A stretch of DNA of 64,000 bases from the NCBI GenBank assembly GCA_001029775.1, contig CP011215.1, positions 682,303 through 746,302 of the forward strand. The letters run 5' to 3'. Numbering within the stretch: the first letter of the stretch is position 1; each line of letters opens with the position of its first letter. The stretch comes from Candidatus Campbellbacteria bacterium GW2011_OD1_34_28 (GTDB taxonomy: Bacteria; Patescibacteriota; Minisyncoccia; Phycocordibacterales; UBA12079). Below, piece by piece: positions 40,203 through 50,175 of this stretch. The notes under the pieces were generated by a model that saw only the letters and a list, made by a program, of their open reading frames with translations, was not told the origin of the DNA and did not search any database. Both the position numbers and the translations under genes were made by a program.

Positions 40203-40385
40203 GTTGTTGGTTCGGTTTTCTAATAATTAGGTGGCCAGATACACAAAAATCCCGCCACCAGAAGGAGACCTTTCGATCATCCCTACCTAAGTTTCCCTAG
40301 GTAACCGAACCAACGACCCTGATGACGGGGTTTTTACGTTGGTTCGGATTTGCAACCATATCCTTTGGAAAACCAAAGGGGTTAG
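40203..40385 (-). ncRNA. Structured leader with antisense/target repeats (C4/CI-like architecture)
   Basis: ccgaaccaac at 40305-40314 is complementary to gttggttcgg at 40206-40215 and 40338-40347; several hairpins. Confidence 0.45.
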
Positions 40386-40554
40386 GTCGACTGATATTCA
40401 GTTGTAAATTAATAATAACATTTTCGACTTTATTATTCTAGATTGATTGTATCGCTGATACATGATTTTGCTAAGACTCTATATACGACCATGCTACGTA
40501 TCTCTAGTTCTGCATAGTCTATGCACCACCAACTGGTCTGTCATCAATATATGT

Positions 40555-41874
40555 ATGGAGACGCAGTATATAAATAATCTAGGTGTTAAGACCGAAGTGC
40601 CACGCATAAAGGTTCGTTACGTCCTGTATGCTCGTAAATCAACCGAATCAGACGAGAAGCAAGCTTTGTCGATTGAATCGCAAGTAAAAGAAATGTTATC
40701 AATCGCAGATCGTGACGGTCTTGAAGTTGTAGACATTAGACGAGAATCACACTCAGCAAAAGAATCGGGACAGCGACCAGTCTTCAAGGAGTTATTGGAA
40801 GACTTGAGACGAGGCAGGTATACAGGAATACTTACTTGGGCACCAGATCGTCTCTCTCGTAATGCAGGAGATCTTGGATCAGTCGTCGATCTTATGGATG
40901 AAAATAAGCTGATAGAGATCAGAACGTACGGACAACATTTCAAAAATTCACCAAACGAAAAATTCTTATTAATGATTCTTTGTTCTCAGGCAAAGTTAGA
41001 GAACGACAACAAAAGTATTAATGTGAAGCGTGGACTACGAACACGGTGCGAAATGGGATTACGGCCAGGTCCTGCCGTTGTTGGATATCTCAACGAAAAG
41101 CATTTAGATAAAAAGTGCCAAGTTGTTATCGACCCTGAACGAGCGCCTATAGTCAAACAGATATTTGAAAAAGTAGCGCATGAAAAATGGTCAGGGAGAA
41201 AGATATTTCATTGGCTCAAATTCGACCTGAATTTTAAGACACGAAGTGGCAACAAGGGGCTTACCCTAAGCAACATTTATCTCATACTCGAAAACCCTAT
41301 TTACTACGGAGTTTTCGAGTATCCGAGGAAAAGTGGAAATTTCTATACAGGAAAGCATGAACCGATTATCTCTAAAGAGCTTTTTGATCAAGTCCAAGAG
41401 CAAGTAAAAAGTCAGGTGTTACGAGTACAGGAACCGAAAGAATTTGCTTTCACCAAAATGATGACTTGTGGCTTATGCGGGTCTGGCATCTGTGCGGATG
41501 AGAAATTTAAGAAACTCAAAGACGGGTCAGTGAACAGGCACATCTACTACGGCTGTACAAAGTCCAAAGACAAGTACTGTAAGTGTGGGTACACAAACGA
41601 AATTGAGTTAATAGGGCAATTTGAAAAACTGCTTGATCGAATCAGCATTAGCGAAATCGGAATGAAAGAGAAGATCAAATACGAGGTTGAACGAATAAAG
41701 AAGTTTCAGCAATCAGTTTTGAACATCAAGCAACAAATCCAAATAAAAGACGTAGACATAAGAGATTATGCCAAATTTATTTTAAAAGAAGGGTCAATCG
41801 AAGAAAAGCGAGAATTGCTAACTTGTTTTAAGAGTAAAATTTTATTGAAAGACAAAACTATTTCTCTCGGTTAA
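40555..41874 (+). CDS. Large serine recombinase
   Basis: YARKS, SAK, RP, DRLSRN, recombinase domain, CxxC...YYGC zinc ribbon. Confidence 0.92.
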   Translation: METQYINNLGVKTEVPRIKVRYVLYARKSTESDEKQALSIESQVKEMLSIADRDGLEVVDIRRESHSAKESGQRPVFKELLEDLRRGRYTGILTWAPDRLSRNAGDLGSVVDLMDENKLIEIRTYGQHFKNSPNEKFLLMILCSQAKLENDNKSINVKRGLRTRCEMGLRPGPAVVGYLNEKHLDKKCQVVIDPERAPIVKQIFEKVAHEKWSGRKIFHWLKFDLNFKTRSGNKGLTLSNIYLILENPIYYGVFEYPRKSGNFYTGKHEPIISKELFDQVQEQVKSQVLRVQEPKEFAFTKMMTCGLCGSGICADEKFKKLKDGSVNRHIYYGCTKSKDKYCKCGYTNEIELIGQFEKLLDRISISEIGMKEKIKYEVERIKKFQQSVLNIKQQIQIKDVDIRDYAKFILKEGSIEEKRELLTCFKSKILLKDKTISLG

Positions 41875-41880
41875 TAACCT

Positions 41881-44800
41881 TTATTCATAAAACTTACCGC
41901 CAGAAATATCAAAGAATTTCTCAAAGAAACTCGTCAGCTTATCTATAACACTTTCACGTTTTTGAGTACGTTCACCAGTTGGAGAAAAGCGAGATACTGG
42001 TGGTAAAACTTTTGTAATAGCGGTACCAGTCGTTGCGATGCTTCCATCACGGAACGCGTTTTTTATAAACGTGACAGTCTCATCATGATCAAGATTTTCA
42101 CTAGTGATAATTTGCTCAAGTTCTTCAATCTTTTTCTTATCAACAAACTTCTGCCAATCGTCATCCACCATTGAATGAACATCAAGGGAGGTTATAAACT
42201 GATTGATGAGATCCTTTTTATTGCGTAATTCAATACTAGAATCTATCGCCTTATTAATATCAAGTAATAACTCACGATTTTTGATGTGGTCTTCGTGATA
42301 TTTTTTGATAAGTCCTAGGACATAATCAATATTGATTTCTATCTGCTTGATAAGCTCCATTTCAAACACCAGATCATCATTGATGTTCTCCTTAACGTCC
42401 TCTATTGTCTTGCGAAAGTCGTTGTAGAGATCAATATATATACTGTGATAATCCTGAATATCACGCTCAGTTAAAATCTCATTACCTGCAAACTCGTCAA
42501 ATGTCGTGAGAATATTACGCACTCGCAGAATTGCACTGTATAGTTTAATAAAATCTTTTTGACTTTGCTCGCCAACAATCCGCTGTCCCACAGGAAATTT
42601 TTCCAGAAGTTCGGCTACCAAACTCGCATATCCTCGAACTTCTTTCTCGTTATCTTTATATCCGTTGTAATACTCTGCGTACGATTTCAAAAGCACAATA
42701 CCACTAGCTTCTTTATCGCCAAAGAGTGCAATTGATTCATTGGTCGCTTTCTCTAAGTTACGGAAACAAACGATATTTCCAAAAGTTTTGACGCTATTTA
42801 GGATACGATTCGTTCGTGAAAATGCTTGAAGAAGACCATGTAATCGAAGATTTTTATCTACCCATAATGTATTGAGTGTCGTAGCATCAAAACCTGTCAA
42901 AAACATATTGACCACAATCAAAACATCAACTTCACGATCTTTTACACGCTGGCTGACATCCTTATAATAATTCTGGAATTTATCAGATGAAGTATCATAG
43001 GAAGTCCCAAACATTGTATTGTAATCCTTGATGGCACTCTCCAAGAAATCTCGCGAACTCACATCTAGCCCACTTGTATCTTCTGAATTTTCATCAATCA
43101 TTCCGTCTGCGTCCTCGTCATTTACACCAAAACTAAAAATGGTTGCGACTTTGAGCCGTTTATCGCTAGGCACTTCCGCAAGTTGTTTTTTAAATTCAGC
43201 ATAGTACTTTTTAGCAACATCAATTGATGAGACTGCAAAAATGGAATTGAACCCAGCCAATCTTCGGTCCTTTATTTTATAGAAACTATTACGCTTTGTT
43301 TTTTGATCAAAATGTTCACGAATGTATCCAACAATATTCGCTAGACGTTCTGGTGAAGCAAGTACAGCTTCGCGGTCAATATCACTGACTTTTTTGTCTT
43401 CAATGTTCTCAGCTTCGCGAACAGTAGAAACGTAGTCAACCTTGAACGGTAGAACATTTTTGTCGGCAATCGCATCAACGATAGTATAAGTGTGTAATTT
43501 TTCACCAAAAGCTTGCTCTGTTGTCTTCAAGTCTGGTCTACCCCCAGAAGATGCGTTAATAGCAAAAATTGGAGTACCAGTAAAACCAAAGAGGTGGTAA
43601 TTCTTGAAAGCTTTTATAATGCCTGCGTGCATATCACCAAATTGTGAGCGATGACACTCATCAAAAATAAGCACAACATGACCATCTAAAATAGCATGTT
43701 CATTATTGCGTCCAATGAAGCGATCCAGCTTCTGAATAGTTGTGATGATTATGCGTGCGTTCGGATTTTCGAGCTGCTTCTTCAATATCGCCGTAGAAGT
43801 ATTGCTATTTGCTGAACCCTTCTCAAACTTGTCGTATTCTCGCATTGTCTGGTAGTCCAAATCCTTACGATCTACAACAAACACGACCTTATCTACATAA
43901 GGCAACTTACTGACTAACTGCGCCGTCTTGAAACTGGTCAAGGTTTTTCCTGATCCAGTCGTGTGCCAGATATATCCACCAGCCTCTACTGTTCCAAGCT
44001 TCTTGTAGTTTGTGCTAACTTCGATTCGACTTAATATCCGTTCGGTAGCTACTATCTGATATGGTCGCATTACCAACAACAGATGATCGGTAGTAAATAC
44101 ACAGTACCGAGTTAAAATATTCAAAAGTGCATGTTTCGCAAAAAATGTCTTAGCGAAATCCATTACGTCTGTAATCGGTTGATTGGTAGCATCTGCCCAC
44201 CAACTAGTGAACTCAAAACTATTGCCTGTACGCTTACCCTTTTTCGCACCGCCCTCGTTAGATTCTTTAATATGCTGAGACCTTGTGGTGTTGCTGTAAT
44301 ATTTTGTATGCGTGCCATTTGAAATGACAAACAATTGAACATATTCAAAAAGCCCACTTGATGCCCAAAAACTCTCACGCTGATAGCGGTTAATTTGATT
44401 GAATGCTTCGGCAATCGCTACACCTCGGCGCTTAAGTTCAATGTGTACTAAAGGTAATCCATTCACCAACACAGTTACATCGTAACGATTGGCGCGCTGA
44501 CCATCTTCTGTCGCATACTGGTTTATTACTTGCAGACTATTGTCATGAATGTTGTCTTTTTTTATAAGATAAATATTTTTTATGGTACCGTCGTCGCGCG
44601 TTAGATTCTTGATGTGATCTTCTTGAATAGTTGTAGTTTTTTCTTCAATACTTTGATTTGGGTTAGCAAGCTCGCCCACAAAGAAATGTTCCCATTCGGT
44701 ATCAGAAAAGGTAACCTCGTTGAGTTTCTCTAGCTGTTGTCGTAGATTCAAGACCAAATCATTTTCGGAGGTTAGCTTCAGGTATTCATACGCTTGTGTT

Positions 44801-44940
44801 TCAAGTTGCTGAATAAAAGCACGTTCCAATTCTGCTTCGCTTTGGTAATGAGTCGCACGCTTTGCATCAGGAGTGTACTGCGACACCACTGTGCTTTGTG
44901 AATTTTCGGCGACCAAATTGTATTTGTTGTTATTTTGCAT
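41881..44940 (-). CDS. hsdR: Type I restriction subunit R (EcoR124-like)
   Basis: HIELK, HTTGSGKT, DECHRSQ, FTGTP, MFLTGFD, QAFSRTNR. Confidence 0.96.
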   Translation of the reverse strand: MQNNNKYNLVAENSQSTVVSQYTPDAKRATHYQSEAELERAFIQQLETQAYEYLKLTSENDLVLNLRQQLEKLNEVTFSDTEWEHFFVGELANPNQSIEEKTTTIQEDHIKNLTRDDGTIKNIYLIKKDNIHDNSLQVINQYATEDGQRANRYDVTVLVNGLPLVHIELKRRGVAIAEAFNQINRYQRESFWASSGLFEYVQLFVISNGTHTKYYSNTTRSQHIKESNEGGAKKGKRTGNSFEFTSWWADATNQPITDVMDFAKTFFAKHALLNILTRYCVFTTDHLLLVMRPYQIVATERILSRIEVSTNYKKLGTVEAGGYIWHTTGSGKTLTSFKTAQLVSKLPYVDKVVFVVDRKDLDYQTMREYDKFEKGSANSNTSTAILKKQLENPNARIIITTIQKLDRFIGRNNEHAILDGHVVLIFDECHRSQFGDMHAGIIKAFKNYHLFGFTGTPIFAINASSGGRPDLKTTEQAFGEKLHTYTIVDAIADKNVLPFKVDYVSTVREAENIEDKKVSDIDREAVLASPERLANIVGYIREHFDQKTKRNSFYKIKDRRLAGFNSIFAVSSIDVAKKYYAEFKKQLAEVPSDKRLKVATIFSFGVNDEDADGMIDENSEDTSGLDVSSRDFLESAIKDYNTMFGTSYDTSSDKFQNYYKDVSQRVKDREVDVLIVVNMFLTGFDATTLNTLWVDKNLRLHGLLQAFSRTNRILNSVKTFGNIVCFRNLEKATNESIALFGDKEASGIVLLKSYAEYYNGYKDNEKEVRGYASLVAELLEKFPVGQRIVGEQSQKDFIKLYSAILRVRNILTTFDEFAGNEILTERDIQDYHSIYIDLYNDFRKTIEDVKENINDDLVFEMELIKQIEINIDYVLGLIKKYHEDHIKNRELLLDINKAIDSSIELRNKKDLINQFITSLDVHSMVDDDWQKFVDKKKIEELEQIITSENLDHDETVTFIKNAFRDGSIATTGTAITKVLPPVSRFSPTGERTQKRESVIDKLTSFFEKFFDISGGKFYE

Positions 44941-46180
44941 ATTCGGGAAATGTTAAAAGCTTGCTTCGGTAGTATTCGTATTGAGATCTGCGAGCTTTGA
45001 GTTCAGCTGGCAGACCGATAGAAATATCGTTCACGAGAGCATCGAATTTATCTAAAACTGTTACGATTTGTTCTTGTTCGGCGATAGGTGGAACTGGGAT
45101 TTTAATTTTTTTTAATTCTGCCATCGGAATACTCATAACAGGAGATCCAACAATTTTATTTTCAATTTGCTTTTTTGCAATTATAGAATTAAGGAAGAAT
45201 AACAAAAATTTTGAATCTACGACTTTTTGATTCGGTTTGATTACATATACACCCTCTTTTATGTTCCAATTCTTCGGTTTCTCTTTCACTAAAGCAGTTC
45301 TACCGATTGTTCCTGTTCCAGAAAACAAAACGTCGCCAACTTCCAGATTGGATCTATTATTTATCAATCTTAACGCTTCGTCATTTACCCTGTCAGTCTT
45401 TTCAAAAAATGTTACATTTAAGCCGTTTATTTCACGAACCGTAACATAGTAATTATTCGCGTCCTGAGTATTCAAAACAAAGTTTTTACGTGGATTCAAA
45501 CCTGTTTTAAGTGATAAAATAATATCACCCAATGTTTCCTCTCTAACTTTTTCATCAAATATAAATAGTCCAGAGCGATAATACTCATATTGCTTCTTCC
45601 TAGCTTCTAGCTCAGCTTCTAGCTCAGCTTCTAGCTCAGTAAAACTATTAAGAATAGTGACAATTTCTTCTTGGATTGCAAGGGGTGGGAGAGGGATTTT
45701 GAATTTCTTGACTTCATTATCTGAAATTGCTGGATAGCTGGCACCTTTCTGTGTTGCCTCTACGTAATCACAAAATTCAGATGAGCCAATCAGATGAAAA
45801 ACAAAATCAGTCAAAATTACACTGGTGTCTGGACGCAACACACAAAAACCAGTACTACAAATTTGTCCATCATATTGGGCTCCGATTACACAAAATCGTT
45901 TGAGTGTTGGCCTCGTTGTACCAAAAATAACATCACCCTTCCTAACTATTTTTTGTGCACGACTAGGTGCTGTGTCTGAATCTACCGTCTGTACTTCTGA
46001 AATAGCGTGTGTCACCCTATCTACAGATGATAAATCGATATACTGAAATGTTTTCCCGACATTATTTTGCCAATTTATATTCGAGGTCGGTTCACAGACC
46101 TTACCTAACTCCTTAAACTCAACCCCTTTAGGACAGAGTTGGGCAATCAACTTTTCAATTTTGCTTTGGTGTTTGGACAT
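44930..46180 (-). CDS. hsdS: Type I R-M specificity subunit (type IC)
   Basis: Two TRDs, IPLPPLAIQ/IPVPPIAEQ, central ELEA repeats. Confidence 0.93.
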   Translation of the reverse strand: MSKHQSKIEKLIAQLCPKGVEFKELGKVCEPTSNINWQNNVGKTFQYIDLSSVDRVTHAISEVQTVDSDTAPSRAQKIVRKGDVIFGTTRPTLKRFCVIGAQYDGQICSTGFCVLRPDTSVILTDFVFHLIGSSEFCDYVEATQKGASYPAISDNEVKKFKIPLPPLAIQEEIVTILNSFTELEAELEAELEARKKQYEYYRSGLFIFDEKVREETLGDIILSLKTGLNPRKNFVLNTQDANNYYVTVREINGLNVTFFEKTDRVNDEALRLINNRSNLEVGDVLFSGTGTIGRTALVKEKPKNWNIKEGVYVIKPNQKVVDSKFLLFFLNSIIAKKQIENKIVGSPVMSIPMAELKKIKIPVPPIAEQEQIVTVLDKFDALVNDISIGLPAELKARRSQYEYYRSKLLTFPEYAK

Positions 46181-46181
46181 A

Positions 46182-47729
46182 TTAAATTTGGCTAATTTTT
46201 ACCAGCAAAACATTGTAATGATACAAACTTAACTGCTTTTTTATATTTCTATAATTTATAATGCTGAAAAAGGGCAATTTTAAATCATCTTTACTTGTGC
46301 CTATAGCATAAACAATTGTGTACTCGGATGGATTTGGGTCACTCTCCAAGACTACGCTTTTATGAGAATTAATAAGTTTTGAATTGACTTCTTTTCTGAA
46401 TGATTTGTCTGTAAGCAACAAATCAGCGGATACCAGTCCCTGACTAAATAAATGGCTTAGTACGGCACTTGCCCCGTATTTCTTCACATGCACTAGGTGT
46501 TTATCAGACCTAACAAGATCAGCAAATTCAATTTTGCCTTTTCCTATCAAGTTAGTTTGACTTACACCACCATCAAGACACTGATAAGCAGTGTCATTCG
46601 TTGCAACTTTATTATTGTAAATATTTTCGTGATCATTCTTATCCCAGTCTGGCAAAGCAAAGGTCGCATCTACACGATACTCACTCTCAATCTTATTTTT
46701 GTAAGTCGCGTCTACTTTGTAATATTTACCAGCTACTAATAAATATTTCTCACTGTTGGAGTCGATTTCAGCATATAAACATTTATATATTGACCATTCT
46801 TTTATGAACTGATCATTGGTATCTACTTGTTGCACTTTTTTACTTTTGAGCAAATCTACTGTGATATTCGTCTTCTCGTCATCAGTCAACGAATCCTTAA
46901 AATCATCAAAAATGATATCCTGATATTCTGTAGCATTATTTCTGGCGCTATATTTAAAACATTTTGTATTTTCCCATTCAATAACTTCGGGGATTGCGAG
47001 CCAACAAATTACATCGGTCTTACTATCATCATTTATTTTTGAAACAATCTTATTATCTAAATCAGTTACCACCTTTTTATCGTTAACGGCAGAAAAATTA
47101 TCAAACCAATCAAATCTCTCTTTGTATTTATTGGAAATGTATGCCTTGTATAGCTCAAGAAGTACGTCATTAACCTCATCAACATTCCTTTTGATAGATA
47201 TACTAATTGCATCCTTTCCTATAACATTCTTTCCATACAATTCCTGATCCTCTGGTTCACCAACAACAGCCCTCATAATGTCCTGCTCAATATCAAAACC
47301 AAAATCTGCAACCGTTCCAATTCTACCGAGCTGTTCCGAAACATCTTTTAGTCCATTTTTAAAATTCTTTTTTTCAATTTTCTTTACTTCGCTTTTAATG
47401 ACACTAAGAGCTGTTTTGATTCCAAATTGCTCAACTATTACACCATCTTTGAACATTTGCCACCCATGACCGAAAGATAAACCGAAGTAAATGTCTTTAC
47501 TGTTATATTTTGTTTTTGTTATATATAGCCCCGAAGCAGTAGAATTCTTTAGATCTTCGATATTCTTATTGAAAAAATTATCTGTCCATGCTGGCTTTTT
47601 TGAAAATGATTTTTTGTAGTATAAGACCCCATTGTCAAAAATCTCATTCGTACTTACGTCCTTAACGACATCACTATGGTCTGTGATATTATCCTTAATC
47701 AAATAAATTGAGAGTTTTTGATTTTTCAT
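46182..47729 (-). CDS. DUF6119/TIGR04141-like protein inserted in the R-M operon
   Basis: LSIYLIK, FGHG, FGIKTAL, IEFADL, LVHVK, LSHLFSQG, LPFFS. Confidence 0.7.
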   Translation of the reverse strand: MKNQKLSIYLIKDNITDHSDVVKDVSTNEIFDNGVLYYKKSFSKKPAWTDNFFNKNIEDLKNSTASGLYITKTKYNSKDIYFGLSFGHGWQMFKDGVIVEQFGIKTALSVIKSEVKKIEKKNFKNGLKDVSEQLGRIGTVADFGFDIEQDIMRAVVGEPEDQELYGKNVIGKDAISISIKRNVDEVNDVLLELYKAYISNKYKERFDWFDNFSAVNDKKVVTDLDNKIVSKINDDSKTDVICWLAIPEVIEWENTKCFKYSARNNATEYQDIIFDDFKDSLTDDEKTNITVDLLKSKKVQQVDTNDQFIKEWSIYKCLYAEIDSNSEKYLLVAGKYYKVDATYKNKIESEYRVDATFALPDWDKNDHENIYNNKVATNDTAYQCLDGGVSQTNLIGKGKIEFADLVRSDKHLVHVKKYGASAVLSHLFSQGLVSADLLLTDKSFRKEVNSKLINSHKSVVLESDPNPSEYTIVYAIGTSKDDLKLPFFSIINYRNIKKQLSLYHYNVLLVKISQI

Positions 47730-47733
47730 AACA

Positions 47734-49320
47734 TTATTTATTGCTCTCAATATCAGCCACAATCTCATCAATTGCCATGCGAAGCTCTTGTTGTCTTTTT
47801 ACAATTCGACCAATTTCGACATTAAGCTCGGTGATATTTACAACCTCGCGAGTATTTTCAGCCACGACATAGCTCAATACGGCGATATTGTAGTCATTCT
47901 CAGCGACAACTTTATTATCTACAAGCTTGGCAAAATACTCTGCATCTTTACGTTCAATAAAAGCGTTGAGAATTTTTTTGCGACTTGCTTCACTCAACTT
48001 ATTTTTATTACCACCACGAACAAATTCAGCGGAGGCATCAATGAAGAGAGTTTTGTTATCTTTCTTACTCTTCTTGAGTACGATGATACAGGTGGCGATA
48101 GTTGTACCGAAGAATAGATCGGGTGGTAATTGAATAACTGCATCAACGTAATTGTTATCTATGAGGTACTTGCGTATCTTCTGTTCTGCGCCGCCACGGT
48201 ATAGAACCCCTGGAAATTCGACAATAGCCGCCGTACCACTCGTAGAGAGCCACGCGAGCATGTGCATAGTAAACGCTAGATCCGCCTTACTCTTTGGTGC
48301 TAATACTCCAGCTGGTGAAAAACGTGGATCATTAATAAGAAGAGGGTTTGCGTCACCATCCCACTTAATCGAATATGGTGGATTCGAAACAATGGCATCG
48401 AAAGGTTCGTCGTCCCAATGTTTTGGATCAGTAAGTGTGTTGCCGTGAGCAATATCAAAATTATTGTAATTAACATCGTGCAAGAACATGTTGATACGGC
48501 AAAGGTTGTAAGTAGTAAGGTTAATTTCTTGTCCATAAAAACCTTGTCGAACATTTTCCTTACCTAGCACTTTTGCAAATTTGAGAAGAAGAGAACCAGA
48601 ACCACAAGCTGGGTCGTAAACCTTGTTCACTTCCTTCTTCCCTACGGTAGTGATTTCTGCCAGAAGTTCACTGACTTCTTGTGGGGTGTAAAATTCCCCA
48701 CCAGACTTACCGGCATTTGAAGCATACATGGTCATCAAAAACTCGTAAGCGTCACCGAAAGCATCTATGGTATTGTCGGAGTAATTGCCAAGACGTAGGT
48801 CACCAATAGCTTCAATAATTTTAGTCAGTTTTTGATTGCGTTGCTCTACTGTATTACCTAATTTATTAGAATTAACATCAAGATCAGCAAATAAACCCTT
48901 GAGGTCATCTTCACTATTTGCGCCTTTTGCAGAACTTTCAATATCACGGAAAGTTTTAACCAGCGTTTCGTTGAGGTTTGAATCATTACGCGCTTTCTTG
49001 CAAACATTTACAAAAAGTTCACTTGGCAAAATATAAAATCCTTTTTCTTTTACCGTATCAGCTCTACCAAATTCAGCTTCTTTATTGGAAAGCGAAGCAT
49101 AGTCAAAATCTTTTTTACCAGCACGACGTTCGTCAGCGTTAATATAGTTGGTCAAATTTTCGCTAATGAAACGATAAAAGAGCATGCCTAGTACATATTG
49201 TTTAAAATCCCAACCATCAACACTTCCTCGTAAGTCATTGGCGATCTGCCAAATAGCACGATGCAATTCTGAGCGTTCTTGCTCTTTGGTAGTATTTAAA
49301 TTTAATTCTTTGTTGCTCAT
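47734..49320 (-). CDS. hsdM: Type I R-M methyltransferase
   Basis: GEFYTP, DPACGSGSLL, NPPY. Confidence 0.96.
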   Translation of the reverse strand: MSNKELNLNTTKEQERSELHRAIWQIANDLRGSVDGWDFKQYVLGMLFYRFISENLTNYINADERRAGKKDFDYASLSNKEAEFGRADTVKEKGFYILPSELFVNVCKKARNDSNLNETLVKTFRDIESSAKGANSEDDLKGLFADLDVNSNKLGNTVEQRNQKLTKIIEAIGDLRLGNYSDNTIDAFGDAYEFLMTMYASNAGKSGGEFYTPQEVSELLAEITTVGKKEVNKVYDPACGSGSLLLKFAKVLGKENVRQGFYGQEINLTTYNLCRINMFLHDVNYNNFDIAHGNTLTDPKHWDDEPFDAIVSNPPYSIKWDGDANPLLINDPRFSPAGVLAPKSKADLAFTMHMLAWLSTSGTAAIVEFPGVLYRGGAEQKIRKYLIDNNYVDAVIQLPPDLFFGTTIATCIIVLKKSKKDNKTLFIDASAEFVRGGNKNKLSEASRKKILNAFIERKDAEYFAKLVDNKVVAENDYNIAVLSYVVAENTREVVNITELNVEIGRIVKRQQELRMAIDEIVADIESNK

Positions 49321-49323
49321 AAA

Positions 49324-49530
49324 TTATTTTAATAATTCGTTAGTCGAAACACCTAACGCCTGGGCCAGGTTAGTAATAGTTGCGAGAGTTGGATTTGTCT
49401 TCGCATTCTCTAGATTACTAACAAAAGAACGATCGACGCCTAATTTCTTAGCAATCTCGACTTGAGTGATATTTTTCTTGATTCTGATTCGCTTGAGATT
49501 TTGTCCAAGCTTTTTAACATCGTCAGTCAT
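49324..49530 (-). CDS. XRE-family HTH regulator (controller-like)
   Basis: TQVEIAKKLGVDRSFVSNLENAKTNPTL directly upstream of hsdM. Confidence 0.85.
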   Translation of the reverse strand: MTDDVKKLGQNLKRIRIKKNITQVEIAKKLGVDRSFVSNLENAKTNPTLATITNLAQALGVSTNELLK

Positions 49531-49680
49531 AAAAGTATTATAGCACATTCTGTTGTAGTATAAAACAACAAAAAACACTCCTTGTTCAAGAGTATTTTTT
49601 GTTCTGAATACTGCTCTCAGCAGGTATGCAATTTAGGTATAGATCTTCCTGATTAGCTCTATCTTTGAGCTAGCTCAAGT

Positions 49681-49754
49681 TGGCTGCGGGACTAGGACTC
49701 GAACCTAGATAGGCGGTACCAGAAACCGCAGTCCTACCATTAGACGATCCCGCA
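49681..49754 (-). tRNA. tRNA-Gln(CTG), CCA encoded
   Basis: Cloverleaf TGCGGGA...GCGGT-TTCTGGT-ACCGC...GTTCGAGTC...TCCCGCAGCCA. Confidence 0.95.
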
Positions 49755-49884
49755 ATTGACACCTTATAAGATAACATGAAAACAGCTATTTTGTTAATCA
49801 CCCATGTAAAATTTGCTATTTAAAAAAATATTGTTATTATGCAAATAGGAACAGTAAAAAATAAAAAAATAAAAGAGAGAGAAA

Positions 49885-50121
49885 ATGAAAGAGACAACCA
49901 AGAAAATAATTTATCTTATAATAACATTATCTATTATGTCTGTCGGATGTTTTACAAAAATGACGAAAGGTTTGGAAATGCCCATCGAAGAAAACAGAGC
50001 TTTGGTCATCATGACGATAGTGAGCGCTCTTTTGTCAGCCATCTGGCTAACAGAAATTTCACTTTTACTCAAAGAAAAACTTTTTCCCCCAAAAAATGAG
50101 GAGACAAAAGAAAAGATTTAA
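49885..50121 (+). CDS. Small 2-TM hypothetical protein
   Basis: Two hydrophobic helices; terminator 50145-50170. Confidence 0.5.
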   Translation: MKETTKKIIYLIITLSIMSVGCFTKMTKGLEMPIEENRALVIMTIVSALLSAIWLTEISLLLKEKLFPPKNEETKEKI

Positions 50122-50175
50122 ACATTTATATCTCTTAAATTCAAAAGGCGCTCAAATGAGCGCCTTATTTTTTAT

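Larger units (their letters stand above)
32090..49722. mobile_element. tRNA-Gln-integrated island (defence cargo, terminase module, serine recombinase)
   Basis: Flanking 40-bp direct repeats; mobile and defence gene content; visibly less AT-rich than the flanks. Confidence 0.88.
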
